From Candidatus Omnitrophota bacterium (GTDB lineage: Bacteria > Omnitrophota > Gorgyraeia > Gygaellales > Profunditerraquicolaceae): a stretch of DNA of 44,389 nucleotides. Below, in pieces: positions 29,876-38,392 of this stretch. Position 1 is the stretch's first letter. Each line of letters opens with the position of its first letter. Location of the stretch: NCBI GenBank assembly GCA_043802105.1, contig JAZDLL010000107.1, positions 1-44,389 of the forward strand, written 5' to 3'. The notes under the pieces were generated by a model that ran no database searches, was not told the origin of the DNA, and worked only from the letters and a program-made list of their open reading frames with translations. A program made the position numbers and the translations under genes.

Positions 29876-29902
29876 TTTTCTTTCTCCTTGTATGGTTGTT
29901 GT

Positions 29903-30511
29903 TTATTTCTTAGCTTCCGGCAAAATCACCTCGTCCACCAGGCCGTAATCTTTGGATTCCTGTGCGGACATAAAATAATCCCTATCCGTATCCTTCTGAA
30001 TTTTATCTAACGATTGGCCGGTATGCTGCGCCAAGATTTCGTTAATCCGATCGCGCAATTTTAAAATTTCTTTAGCCTGAATCGAAATATCCGCTGCCGC
30101 TCCCTGTACCCCGCCCCAGGGCTGATGAATCATTACCCTGGAGTTAGGAAGCACAAAACGTTTTCCCTTGGTTCCTGCCGATAATAAGACCGCCCCCATG
30201 CTAGCTGCCTGACCCACGCAATAGGTAGCCACGCCGCATTTTATAAATTGTATAGTGTCATAAATCGCTAGCCCCGCAGTTACCGAACCTCCCGGTGAAT
30301 TGATATAAACATTAATATCTTTATCCTTATCCTCCATCTGCAAAAAGAGCAGCTGGGCAATCACTAAATTTGCGACATAATCATCGATCGGCGTGCCGAT
30401 AAATAAAATCCGGTCTTTTAGCAGCCGCGAATAAATATCGTAGGCACGTTCGAAACCGCGGGTAGTTTGCTCAATGACCATCGGAACCATTACCTGCATT
30501 CTTTTCTCCAT
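29903..30511 (-). CDS. clpP: ATP-dependent Clp protease proteolytic subunit
   Basis: The catalytic blocks GQAASMG (Ser) and MIHQP (His) are present, with typical length. The GGGAGG RBS overlaps the tig 3' end. Confidence 0.97.
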   Translation of the reverse strand: MEKRMQVMVPMVIEQTTRGFERAYDIYSRLLKDRILFIGTPIDDYVANLVIAQLLFLQMEDKDKDINVYINSPGGSVTAGLAIYDTIQFIKCGVATYCVGQAASMGAVLLSAGTKGKRFVLPNSRVMIHQPWGGVQGAAADISIQAKEILKLRDRINEILAQHTGQSLDKIQKDTDRDYFMSAQESKDYGLVDEVILPEAKK

Positions 30512-30525
30512 GCTTTCTTCCTCCC

Positions 30526-31407
30526 TTATTTAGAATCTAATTGCCAGTTGGCTTCGCTGAGCAAAAACTCCATGACCTTACGCGGCATATGATCATCAAT
30601 AGCGATATTTTCTTTTTTGGCAATCTGGGATAAAACCAGATAAATCTTGATCTGCTTGCGGGCTTCCGGCTGGATCCCTTCTAAAAGCAACTTCTCCTGC
30701 CCATCAATCTTATCCCGCGGCAAACCTTTCATCGCTAAATCGATTTTAGCCTGCCTAAGCATATCCTGGGTCTGGCGTTCCACCAACCCGGCCGGTAGCT
30801 TAAACTCCAACCCTTTGGTAATATTTTCAATTAACTCGTTTTCAATCCGCTGGCGCTCCTGATTCTCCTTAGTCTGAAGAATCTGCCTTTCCACTGCTTT
30901 CTGCAGCTCAGATAAATTAGGATACCCCAGAGAGCGACAAAATTTATCATCCAGATTTTCGGCCTGGCGCGATTCTTTAACCGAATCAATCTGCCTTTTA
31001 ACTTCATCACTGGAAACCGAGACGACCTTATAATTAATTAATTGTTGCTTATAGTTCTTCACCGCAATTTCAGGAGTAACTTCGACCACCGCCTTAAAAG
31101 AAAGGCTGACCCGATCAAGCTTGACATCGGTAATCTGCGGCAACTCGATAACATCAAGTTTTTCTGCGGCAATCGCCTGGTTATAAACATCCGGAACCAA
31201 CTCCTTTAAAACTTGTTCATGCACGCTGGAAGCATAGTGTTTCTCTAAGACATCCCGCGGCGCTTTGCCCGGGCGAAAACCCGCCACCTTAGCCTCTTTG
31301 GCAATTTGAGCAAAAACCTCCTCAAATTTATTTTTAACCAGCTCTCCGCTGACTTCCACATTAATTTCACATTTGATACTATCCAGTTTCTTAACTTCGG
31401 TTTTCAT
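30526..31407 (-). CDS. tig: Trigger factor lacking the central FKBP/PPIase domain
   Basis: The N-terminal ribosome-binding domain carries the GFRPGKAP signature. It joins directly, around codon 150, to the C-terminal chaperone-arm domain ([18 protein letters not shown]...). The protein is only 293 aa and sits upstream of clpP, as tig usually does. Confidence 0.85.
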   Translation of the reverse strand: MKTEVKKLDSIKCEINVEVSGELVKNKFEEVFAQIAKEAKVAGFRPGKAPRDVLEKHYASSVHEQVLKELVPDVYNQAIAAEKLDVIELPQITDVKLDRVSLSFKAVVEVTPEIAVKNYKQQLINYKVVSVSSDEVKRQIDSVKESRQAENLDDKFCRSLGYPNLSELQKAVERQILQTKENQERQRIENELIENITKGLEFKLPAGLVERQTQDMLRQAKIDLAMKGLPRDKIDGQEKLLLEGIQPEARKQIKIYLVLSQIAKKENIAIDDHMPRKVMEFLLSEANWQLDSK

Positions 31408-31437
31408 TTGTTCCCTTTCTTAAGTTAATTTTTCACG

Positions 31438-31486
31438 ATCCCCGCTACACTGTAAACCAATATCGGGCAGTGTAACCAGCGGGGAT
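31438..31486 (-). repeat. Long intergenic hairpin (9 + 6 bp stem) upstream of tig
   Basis: The minus strand reads ATCCCCGCT-GGTT-ACACTG-(15 nt)-CAGTGT-AGCGGGGAT. No U-tract follows. Confidence 0.6.
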
Positions 31487-31492
31487 AAATTC

Positions 31493-31538
31493 GGGCAATA
31501 ACTTATGTCGCGCCTTCAGCGCTCCATAAGTTATGCCC
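31493..31538 (-). repeat. Long intergenic hairpin directly after the lptB stop; member of the GAGCG..GCGA-loop hairpin family
   Basis: The minus strand reads GGGCATAACTTATG-GAGCGCTGAAGGCGCGA-CATAAGTTATTGCCC. The core ACTTATG-GAGCG..GCGA-CATAAGT recurs at 2816-2841. It may act as a terminator, but no U-tract follows. Confidence 0.6.
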
Positions 31539-31542
31539 TCAT

Positions 31543-32245
<703 letters not shown>

Positions 32246-32265
<20 letters not shown>

Positions 32266-33160
32266 CTGCATTCTCCGTTTGGTAAATAATTATTTGCGGC
32301 CGGCCGGTTAAAGTTATTTTTTTATCTAGCGCCGTATAAACTGCTTCCTGGCTATAAGAGATATTATCGCCGCGTAAGATGCGCACATTTCCTAAAGCCA
32401 CAATCTTATTAACGGAACTAGAGATGACCGCCGGACCTTGAATGACGGCATTATCCTGTTTTTTAGGGGTAAAATAAACCTGCATTTTATCGCTGTAAAT
32501 GGTTAAATCCGGCTTTTCTACTTTAACATTATTATTAAATATGGCAATATTTTTTTCATAATCTACATCCAACGGGCCATCACAGGTAATCACAATCTTT
32601 TCTTTTTTATCCACCTGTTTATCCAGCGTCTGAATATCCAGGCGCACATCCTTTTCCAACATAATCTGCTTTAATGCGGTTTGACCTTGGGCGCCTTGGC
32701 CGGAAAGATTCATATCCTGGCGGGCAAGATTAACTTTATCCAAAGTGGTAACAATCTGCTGCTTGCGGTCCCAATCCAGCGTATCCGTAGTGAGCTTGGT
32801 CCCGCTGGCAGTAGTAATTACAACATTATCCTGCAAATGCACGAGGCCGCTTTTTTTGTTAAAATCACCGTTATCCGCAGTCAGGTTAATCGTATCATTC
32901 GGCGCATAATTATTACCCACTACCTGCTTGAGCTTAACCACATCGTTAAAAATATCCGCGGACTTGCCAGCCAGATCCCAGGATTTTTTTCCTTTTTCAC
33001 CGTATCCGGAAAGAGAAAAATCTCCGATCTGTTGATCGGATGCCTTAGCGGCGGCTTTAGCTTCAGAGCCAGGTTTTGTTTCTTTAACTTCGGCTGCTGC
33101 TAGGTGAGTGTAGGTAAAAAATAAAAACGCGCAAATCAAAACTTTTCTTTTAGGCACCAT
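32246..33160 (-). CDS. lptA: Fused LptC-like / LptA-like (OstA_N) periplasmic LPS-transport protein
   Basis: A single 304-aa ORF occupies the lptC-lptA slot between kdsC and lptB. It has an N-terminal signal/anchor. The first half is LptC-like ([24 protein letters not shown]...). The second half is LptA-like ([26 protein letters not shown]...[21 protein letters not shown]...ITLTGRP). Confidence 0.65.
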
Positions 33161-33692
33161 AAAAATCTAAAACATCTTTCCATTTATCCTGTGATTTAAG
33201 AATTAACTCCGCCACTTCCCGGACTGCTCCCCGGCCGCCGGAAGAAGCGGTTACATAAACCGCGGCTGCCTTTATTTCCGGACAGGCATTAGCCACCGCT
33301 ATCGGCAGGCCGATTTTACGCATCAAGGATAAATCCACCAGATCATCGCCGACAAAACAAATCTCATCCGCCTGAATACCGTATTTCTTAATAATTTTAG
33401 CTAAAACCAGCGTCTTAGGAAAAATATCCGCGAAAACTTCCGCCACGCGCATGTCTTTTGCGCGCGGCCTGATCGTCTTAGAGCCTTTGGCGGTAATAAT
33501 AATCGTACTGATTGCGAATTTAGCTAGAACATAAACCCCCAGCCCATCATGGACATTAAAAAATTTAGAGTCTCTACCTGCGGAGTCATAAATTATTCTG
33601 CCGTCAGTTAAAACTCCGTCTACATCCAAAAGTAACAGTTTAACTTTTCTAAAACGCACTTTTAATTCTTCGGGGGTTATTCCTAAAGACAT
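33150..33692 (-). CDS. kdsC: 3-deoxy-D-manno-octulosonate 8-phosphate phosphatase
   Basis: It has the HAD motif I LLLLDVDGVLTDG and GDDLVDL, is 180 aa, and sits in the kdsD-kdsC position. Confidence 0.9.
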   Translation of the reverse strand: MSLGITPEELKVRFRKVKLLLLDVDGVLTDGRIIYDSAGRDSKFFNVHDGLGVYVLAKFAISTIIITAKGSKTIRPRAKDMRVAEVFADIFPKTLVLAKIIKKYGIQADEICFVGDDLVDLSLMRKIGLPIAVANACPEIKAAAVYVTASSGGRGAVREVAELILKSQDKWKDVLDFYGA

Positions 33693-33696
33693 AGTT

Positions 33697-34665
33697 TTAA
33701 ATTAATCCCGCCTTAAGCAAATCCTGTACGTCCAACAAGCCCACCGGACGCCTGAATTTATCCACCACCGGAACCTCATCGATTTTTTTGGCCTGCAGTA
33801 TCCGCATGGCTTCTGCCGCCAGCATATCTTTATTGACAACCGTAGGATTCTTAGTCATCACCTCTTTAATCGGCCGCGTAGGTAAATTCTTATCGCTGGC
33901 CAAATGCCGGCGGAGATCTCCGTCGGTAAAAATTCCTTTGAGTTTTCCGCTTTTATCCACCACGATAGCTGAGCCGGCCCGGGCGCGGGTAATCGCCAAT
34001 AAAACTTCCGAGACCTTTTTATCTTCCCGGACAATGGCGTTGGCTTGACCCTGGCGCATAATATCCTGCACGCTTAAAAGCAGGCGCCGGCCTAAAGCCC
34101 CCCCGGGGTGAAAAAAAGCAAAATCTTTCTCTTTAAAACCTTTGCGTTCTAATAAACATACCGCCAAAGCATCCGCCATCGCCAAAGTCGCGGTGGTGGA
34201 AGCGGTAGGAGCCAGACCCAAAGGACAGGCTTCTTTTTTAACTGAAACATCTAAAACTACATCGCTGTATTTAGCCAACACGGACTTAGGATTTCCGGTC
34301 AACGCAATAATCGGCGCGCCCATTTTTTTAAGTATCGGCAAAAGCTGCTTCATCTCTTCGGTTGAGCCGCTGTTGGAAAGAATAATTATCACATCCTCGC
34401 CGGTAACCTTACCTAAATCACCGTGAATTGCTTCGGCGGTATGCAAAAATAAACTCGGGGTACCCGTGGAAGCTAAAGTAGCGGAAAATTTTTGCGCGAT
34501 AATCCCGGTTTTACCCATTCCGCTGACCACCACCCTACCCTTGCACCTAAGAATTATCTCTAGGGCTTTAATAAAACCCTGGCCTAAACGCACTTTGAGC
34601 TGGCGGATGGCCTGCGCTTCAATCTCCAAAACCTCTTTGGCTCTTTTAAGGATGTTGATGTTCAT
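33697..34665 (-). CDS. kdsD: Arabinose-5-phosphate isomerase (SIS plus tandem CBS domains)
   Basis: The SIS block VVSGMGKTG...ILSNSGSTEE is followed by two CBS repeats. It is 322 aa. Confidence 0.93.
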   Translation of the reverse strand: MNINILKRAKEVLEIEAQAIRQLKVRLGQGFIKALEIILRCKGRVVVSGMGKTGIIAQKFSATLASTGTPSLFLHTAEAIHGDLGKVTGEDVIIILSNSGSTEEMKQLLPILKKMGAPIIALTGNPKSVLAKYSDVVLDVSVKKEACPLGLAPTASTTATLAMADALAVCLLERKGFKEKDFAFFHPGGALGRRLLLSVQDIMRQGQANAIVREDKKVSEVLLAITRARAGSAIVVDKSGKLKGIFTDGDLRRHLASDKNLPTRPIKEVMTKNPTVVNKDMLAAEAMRILQAKKIDEVPVVDKFRRPVGLLDVQDLLKAGLI

Positions 34666-35474
34666 AACGCCTGCCTAATCTTTTTTATTTGCCGCAAAAG
34701 ATTTTCTAGCTCTTTAAAATTAATCATGTTGGCTGCGTCGCAAGGGGCTTTTTTAGGGTCGGAATGCACCTCCAAAAATAAACCGTCGCAACCAAAAGCC
34801 ACCGCCGCCCGGGATAAACCGGCAACAAACTCCGTTTGGCCTCCGGAGCAAGCACCCTGGGCGCCGGGGAGCTGCACGCTATGTGTAGCGTCATAAATTA
34901 CCGGATACCCAAAATCACGTAAAATCGCTAAACTGCGCAAATCCGTAACTAAATTATTATACCCAAAACTTACCCCTCTTTCGGTAATCAAAATCTGCTG
35001 ATTGCCCACGCTAGTGACTTTCTTAATTATCGGCAACATGTCCCAAGGCGCCAGAAACTGCCCTTTTTTAATATTAACTACTTTGCCGGAGCGGGCAGCG
35101 GCCAAAACCAGATCGGTCTGGCGGCATAAAAATGCCGGGATCTGAATAATATCCAGCACTTCGGCGGCCAGCGGAATATCTTTTACGCAATGCACATCAC
35201 TTAAAATAGGAACTTTAAGTTTATTCTTTATTTTCTTTAAGATCGCCAGCCCTCTCTTTAATCCTGGTCCGCGATAAGAATCTACGGAAAGCCGGTTAGC
35301 TTTGTCAAAACTAGACTTAAATATAAAGGGTACCGCTAAGCGGTCAGTGATATCCTTAATCTTGGCCGCCGCCTCCAGACAAGAGCTTTCGGATTCAATA
35401 GCGCATGGCCCGGCAATTAAAACCAGCGGATAATGCTGGCCAAATTTTATATTTCCCACCTTAACCTGATGCAT
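34662..35474 (-). CDS. kdsA: 3-deoxy-8-phosphooctulonate (KDO-8-P) synthase
   Basis: LIAGPCAIES, FKSSFDKANR, QIPAFLCRQTDL and DATHSVQLPG are present. It is 270 aa. Confidence 0.95.
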   Translation of the reverse strand: MHQVKVGNIKFGQHYPLVLIAGPCAIESESSCLEAAAKIKDITDRLAVPFIFKSSFDKANRLSVDSYRGPGLKRGLAILKKIKNKLKVPILSDVHCVKDIPLAAEVLDIIQIPAFLCRQTDLVLAAARSGKVVNIKKGQFLAPWDMLPIIKKVTSVGNQQILITERGVSFGYNNLVTDLRSLAILRDFGYPVIYDATHSVQLPGAQGACSGGQTEFVAGLSRAAVAFGCDGLFLEVHSDPKKAPCDAANMINFKELENLLRQIKKIRQAL

Positions 35475-36213
35475 TAGTCAATCCCTTCTTTAATTGCAAC
35501 AAAACCCTTTCTAAATCTTTAGGAGTGTCCACGCCAATGGTATCAAATGGCGTCTGAATCACTTTAATTTTGAAGCCTTCGGCCAAAACGCGCAGCTGTT
35601 CTAATTTTTCCGTTTTTTCAAGATTCGAAACGGGAAGATTTTTATAAGTAAAAAGAAAATCCTTGGTGTAGCCATAAAGGCCGATATGCTTGTAATAAGT
35701 TACCTGGTCAATTTCGGCGTTGGGCGCTAAATACGGAATCGGCGCGCGTGAAAAATACAAAGCAAAATTATTTTTATCCACGACCACTTTTACCACGTTC
35801 GGATCAAGTAACTCCATAACATCATCGATCTTTTTCATCAGCGTAGCCATATTCAGCATTTTATCTTCCAATAACGTTCGAGCCACGCTATCGATCATCA
35901 TGGGATGAATTAACGGCTCATCTGCCTGAATATTAATAATCACTTTTACATCCAACGGATTAACTACCTCGCTAATCCGGTCGGTGCCACAGGTGTGCTC
36001 TTTAGAGGTCATTACAGCTTTGGCCCCAAAATCGCTGGCGGCTTTAAGAATAATCTCATTATCGCAGGCAATAATTAAATCGTCCAGCATGCGGGATTGT
36101 TTGGCCCGTTCCCAAACATGCTGCAACATGGGCTTGCCCATAATATCCGCCAGCACCTTACCGGCAAATCTAGTCGATGAGTATCTGGCCGGAATTACCC
36201 CAATCACATCCAT
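35461..36213 (-). CDS. kdsB: 3-deoxy-manno-octulosonate cytidylyltransferase (CMP-KDO synthetase)
   Basis: The N-terminus is VIPARYSSTRFAGKVLADI, and NIQADEPL is present. It is 250 aa. Confidence 0.95.
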   Translation of the reverse strand: MDVIGVIPARYSSTRFAGKVLADIMGKPMLQHVWERAKQSRMLDDLIIACDNEIILKAASDFGAKAVMTSKEHTCGTDRISEVVNPLDVKVIINIQADEPLIHPMMIDSVARTLLEDKMLNMATLMKKIDDVMELLDPNVVKVVVDKNNFALYFSRAPIPYLAPNAEIDQVTYYKHIGLYGYTKDFLFTYKNLPVSNLEKTEKLEQLRVLAEGFKIKVIQTPFDTIGVDTPKDLERVLLQLKKGLTNASG

Positions 36214-36214
36214 T

Positions 36215-37228
36215 TTATTTTATCCTCTCTAAAAGTTCGCTGGTATTGGTCACCGCCGTCCCCAATTTACCCACCACGATTCCGGCGGCAAAATTAGCGA
36301 TATGCGCTGCCTCTAACTTGGAAGCACCGGCACAAAGAGCTAAAGTAAAAGTACTGATTACCGTGTCCCCGGCGCCAGAGACATCAAAAACTTCCTGAGC
36401 AACCGTAGGGATATGCGTTAAGCGGCCGTTTTTCTCCAGCAACTTCATCCCCTGCTCACCTAAAGTAATCAGAATAGCATCCAGCTTAAGGTACTCTAAA
36501 ATTTCCCGGGCCGCCAAATCCACATCTTTATCCGTAAATAATTTATCCGTATTTATTTTAAAACGGTTAGTAGTGTCTTTGATCTTAAGATTCCTAATCG
36601 CATTTTCCAGCTCTTTACGGTTAGGAGTAATGGCGTTAACCGACCGATAATACTGGAAATTTTCCTCTTTAGGATCCACGGTAATAATCTTCTTATGCGC
36701 TTTGGCCAAAGCAATAAGCGTTTCCAGCAAAGCAACGTTGATTACCCCTTTGCCATAATCCTCAATAATAATCGCATCAAAAGTATCAATGTTTTTTTGA
36801 ATAAATTTTAAAATTTTCGCATTTAATTCTTTGGGCAAATCATGCGTATGCTCCCAATCCACCCGGACTACCTGCTGATGCCCGGCCAAGATGCGCGTCT
36901 TAACGGTAGTGTGCCGATTACTCTCCACAAAGATCCCGCGCGTATTAATTTTTCTTTTCTTTAATTCGCCAAGCAAAATTTTAGAATTGGGGTCGCTTCC
37001 GGTAACTCCCAATAAGGTAACCTGGCCGCCCAAAGAGCGGATATTGTTCGCCACGTTAGCCGTGCCACCGGGAACAAAGGTGCGCTTCTTGGCCCAGAGC
37101 ACAGGAACCGGAGCCTCCGGAGAAATTCTCTCCACACTTCCCCAGATATATTCATCCAGGATTAAATCCCCCACCACCAGTATTTTGGCTTGATTAAATT
37201 TGCGGATTATTTCTTTTAAATGTTTCAT
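36215..37228 (-). CDS. hldA: D-glycero-beta-D-manno-heptose-7-phosphate kinase (stand-alone RfaE/HldE domain I, PfkB family)
   Basis: ILVVGDLILDEYIWGSVERISPEAPVPVL and GGTANVANN match the HldE kinase domain. The PfkB C-terminal motif DVSGAGDTV is present. No adenylyltransferase domain is attached. Confidence 0.85.
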   Translation of the reverse strand: MKHLKEIIRKFNQAKILVVGDLILDEYIWGSVERISPEAPVPVLWAKKRTFVPGGTANVANNIRSLGGQVTLLGVTGSDPNSKILLGELKKRKINTRGIFVESNRHTTVKTRILAGHQQVVRVDWEHTHDLPKELNAKILKFIQKNIDTFDAIIIEDYGKGVINVALLETLIALAKAHKKIITVDPKEENFQYYRSVNAITPNRKELENAIRNLKIKDTTNRFKINTDKLFTDKDVDLAAREILEYLKLDAILITLGEQGMKLLEKNGRLTHIPTVAQEVFDVSGAGDTVISTFTLALCAGASKLEAAHIANFAAGIVVGKLGTAVTNTSELLERIK

Positions 37229-38154
37229 ATCTTCTCAATTACGCTCTGGGCTAAAAGCGCAAGCATAATCTCATGATGTCCGATAATATAATAACCTTTA
37301 CCCCCGGAAGCGGTGGGGCGGCTAACTACATTTTGCGCCGCGCGATACTGATAAAGCATATCAAAATTTGCCGAAGTAAAATCTTTAACTTTATTTCCTA
37401 AATTACGGGCAAGATTTAAAGCCTTTAGAAATACCTCCGGCAACAGCACCGCTGAACCAAAATTTAAAATCACTCCCCCGCAATTTAAGGAGCGGATGTT
37501 TTCTACCAGAATATGGAAATCCCGCAAAGAGCCCACGCCGGTGGAAGCGGCGTCAAATGAAGGATGTTGATGAATGATATCCGTGCCAATTCCCACAAAA
37601 ACACAAACCGGCACCTTATGTTTATAAGCGTTATAAATCAAGCTTAAATTTTTATGCGCCAGCGCAGCAGTAGCCATTTTATTCGCTACGGCATAACCTA
37701 ACCCAAAACCCGCTTTTACCCCTTCCTTGACCGCGGAGTTTAGGAAATCTGCCGTCTCCTTGCCCATACCGAACCTGCCGTCTTTAAGACTGGCCGTCAC
37801 GTCTTCGGAAGTTTTTCCCTGATAAGCAATCTCGAAATCATGAATAATCCCGGCGCCGTTTAGGCAAATACAGGTAATGATCTTTTTTTCCAGCAGCTCA
37901 ATTAAAACCGGGTTAAGCCCGCACTTAATTACGTGCGCCCCGGCCATCAAAATTACTCCTTTATTCTTCTTACGCGCTGAAACGATATCCGCAGAAACCG
38001 CGCGCAAATCTTTAGCTTTTAGGATATTAGGCAAAGAATCCAAAAAAGAAGAAAAACTCCGTCCTTTAACCGGTTTGAGCGCAAAATCACCCTTGTTCAC
38101 CTTGCTCAAACGCGCTTTAATGGAATATCTTTTTACTTTCTTTAAGTTAATCAT
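37225..38154 (-). CDS. Uncharacterised deoxyhypusine-synthase-like (DHS-like NAD-binding fold) protein
   Basis: The 309-aa protein parallels the DHS block order by eye: LMAGAHVIKCGLNPVLIELLEKKIITCICLNGAGIIHDFE, VPVCVFVGIGTDIIHQH and GGVILNFGSAVLLPE. The exact DHS motifs are not conserved. An ATGA overlap couples it to hldA. Confidence 0.45.
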   Translation of the reverse strand: MINLKKVKRYSIKARLSKVNKGDFALKPVKGRSFSSFLDSLPNILKAKDLRAVSADIVSARKKNKGVILMAGAHVIKCGLNPVLIELLEKKIITCICLNGAGIIHDFEIAYQGKTSEDVTASLKDGRFGMGKETADFLNSAVKEGVKAGFGLGYAVANKMATAALAHKNLSLIYNAYKHKVPVCVFVGIGTDIIHQHPSFDAASTGVGSLRDFHILVENIRSLNCGGVILNFGSAVLLPEVFLKALNLARNLGNKVKDFTSANFDMLYQYRAAQNVVSRPTASGGKGYYIIGHHEIMLALLAQSVIEKI

Positions 38155-38230
38155 AGATCATACATATAGGTAAATCCTTCGCTTCGCTCAGGACATTAAG
38201 CCATTGATATTTAATGCTAAAGGCTTAATG

Positions 38231-38258
38231 ATTTTAGCACAATTCAGCCTAAAATCAA
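38231..38258 (-). promoter_or_regulatory. Candidate sigma-70 promoter with extended -10 for the DHS-like/hldA/kds/lpt operon
   Basis: The minus strand reads TTGATT (38258-38253), a 16-nt spacer ending in TGC, then TAAAAT (38236-38231). This is about 80 nt upstream of the ATG at 38154. Confidence 0.45.
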
Positions 38259-38386
38259 GCACCTTATAGTTTTTATACACTGCAGTCCTTGTGAGCGCAG
38301 CGAACAAGGGCAAGCACCTTATAGTTTTTATACACCACAGTCCTTGTGGGCGCAGCGAACAAGGGCAAATACCTTATAATGCAGTG
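38257..38386. repeat. 55-bp tandem direct repeat, 2 full copies plus a partial third
   Basis: The units at 38257-38311 and 38312-38366 differ at 3 of 55 positions (AAGCACCTTATAGTTTTTATACAC[TG/CA]CAGTCCTTGTG[A/G]GCGCAGCGAACAAGGGC). A truncated third copy lies at 38367-38386. Each unit carries the hairpin CCTTGT-GAGCGCAGCGA-ACAAGG. Confidence 0.9.
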
Positions 38387-38392
38387 TTTCTT

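Noticed and set aside
38257-38386. The direct repeats considered as a possible CRISPR array
   Set aside because: The 55-bp units abut each other with no spacers and there are only about 2.3 copies. There are no cas genes in the window. This is a tandem repeat, not a CRISPR array.
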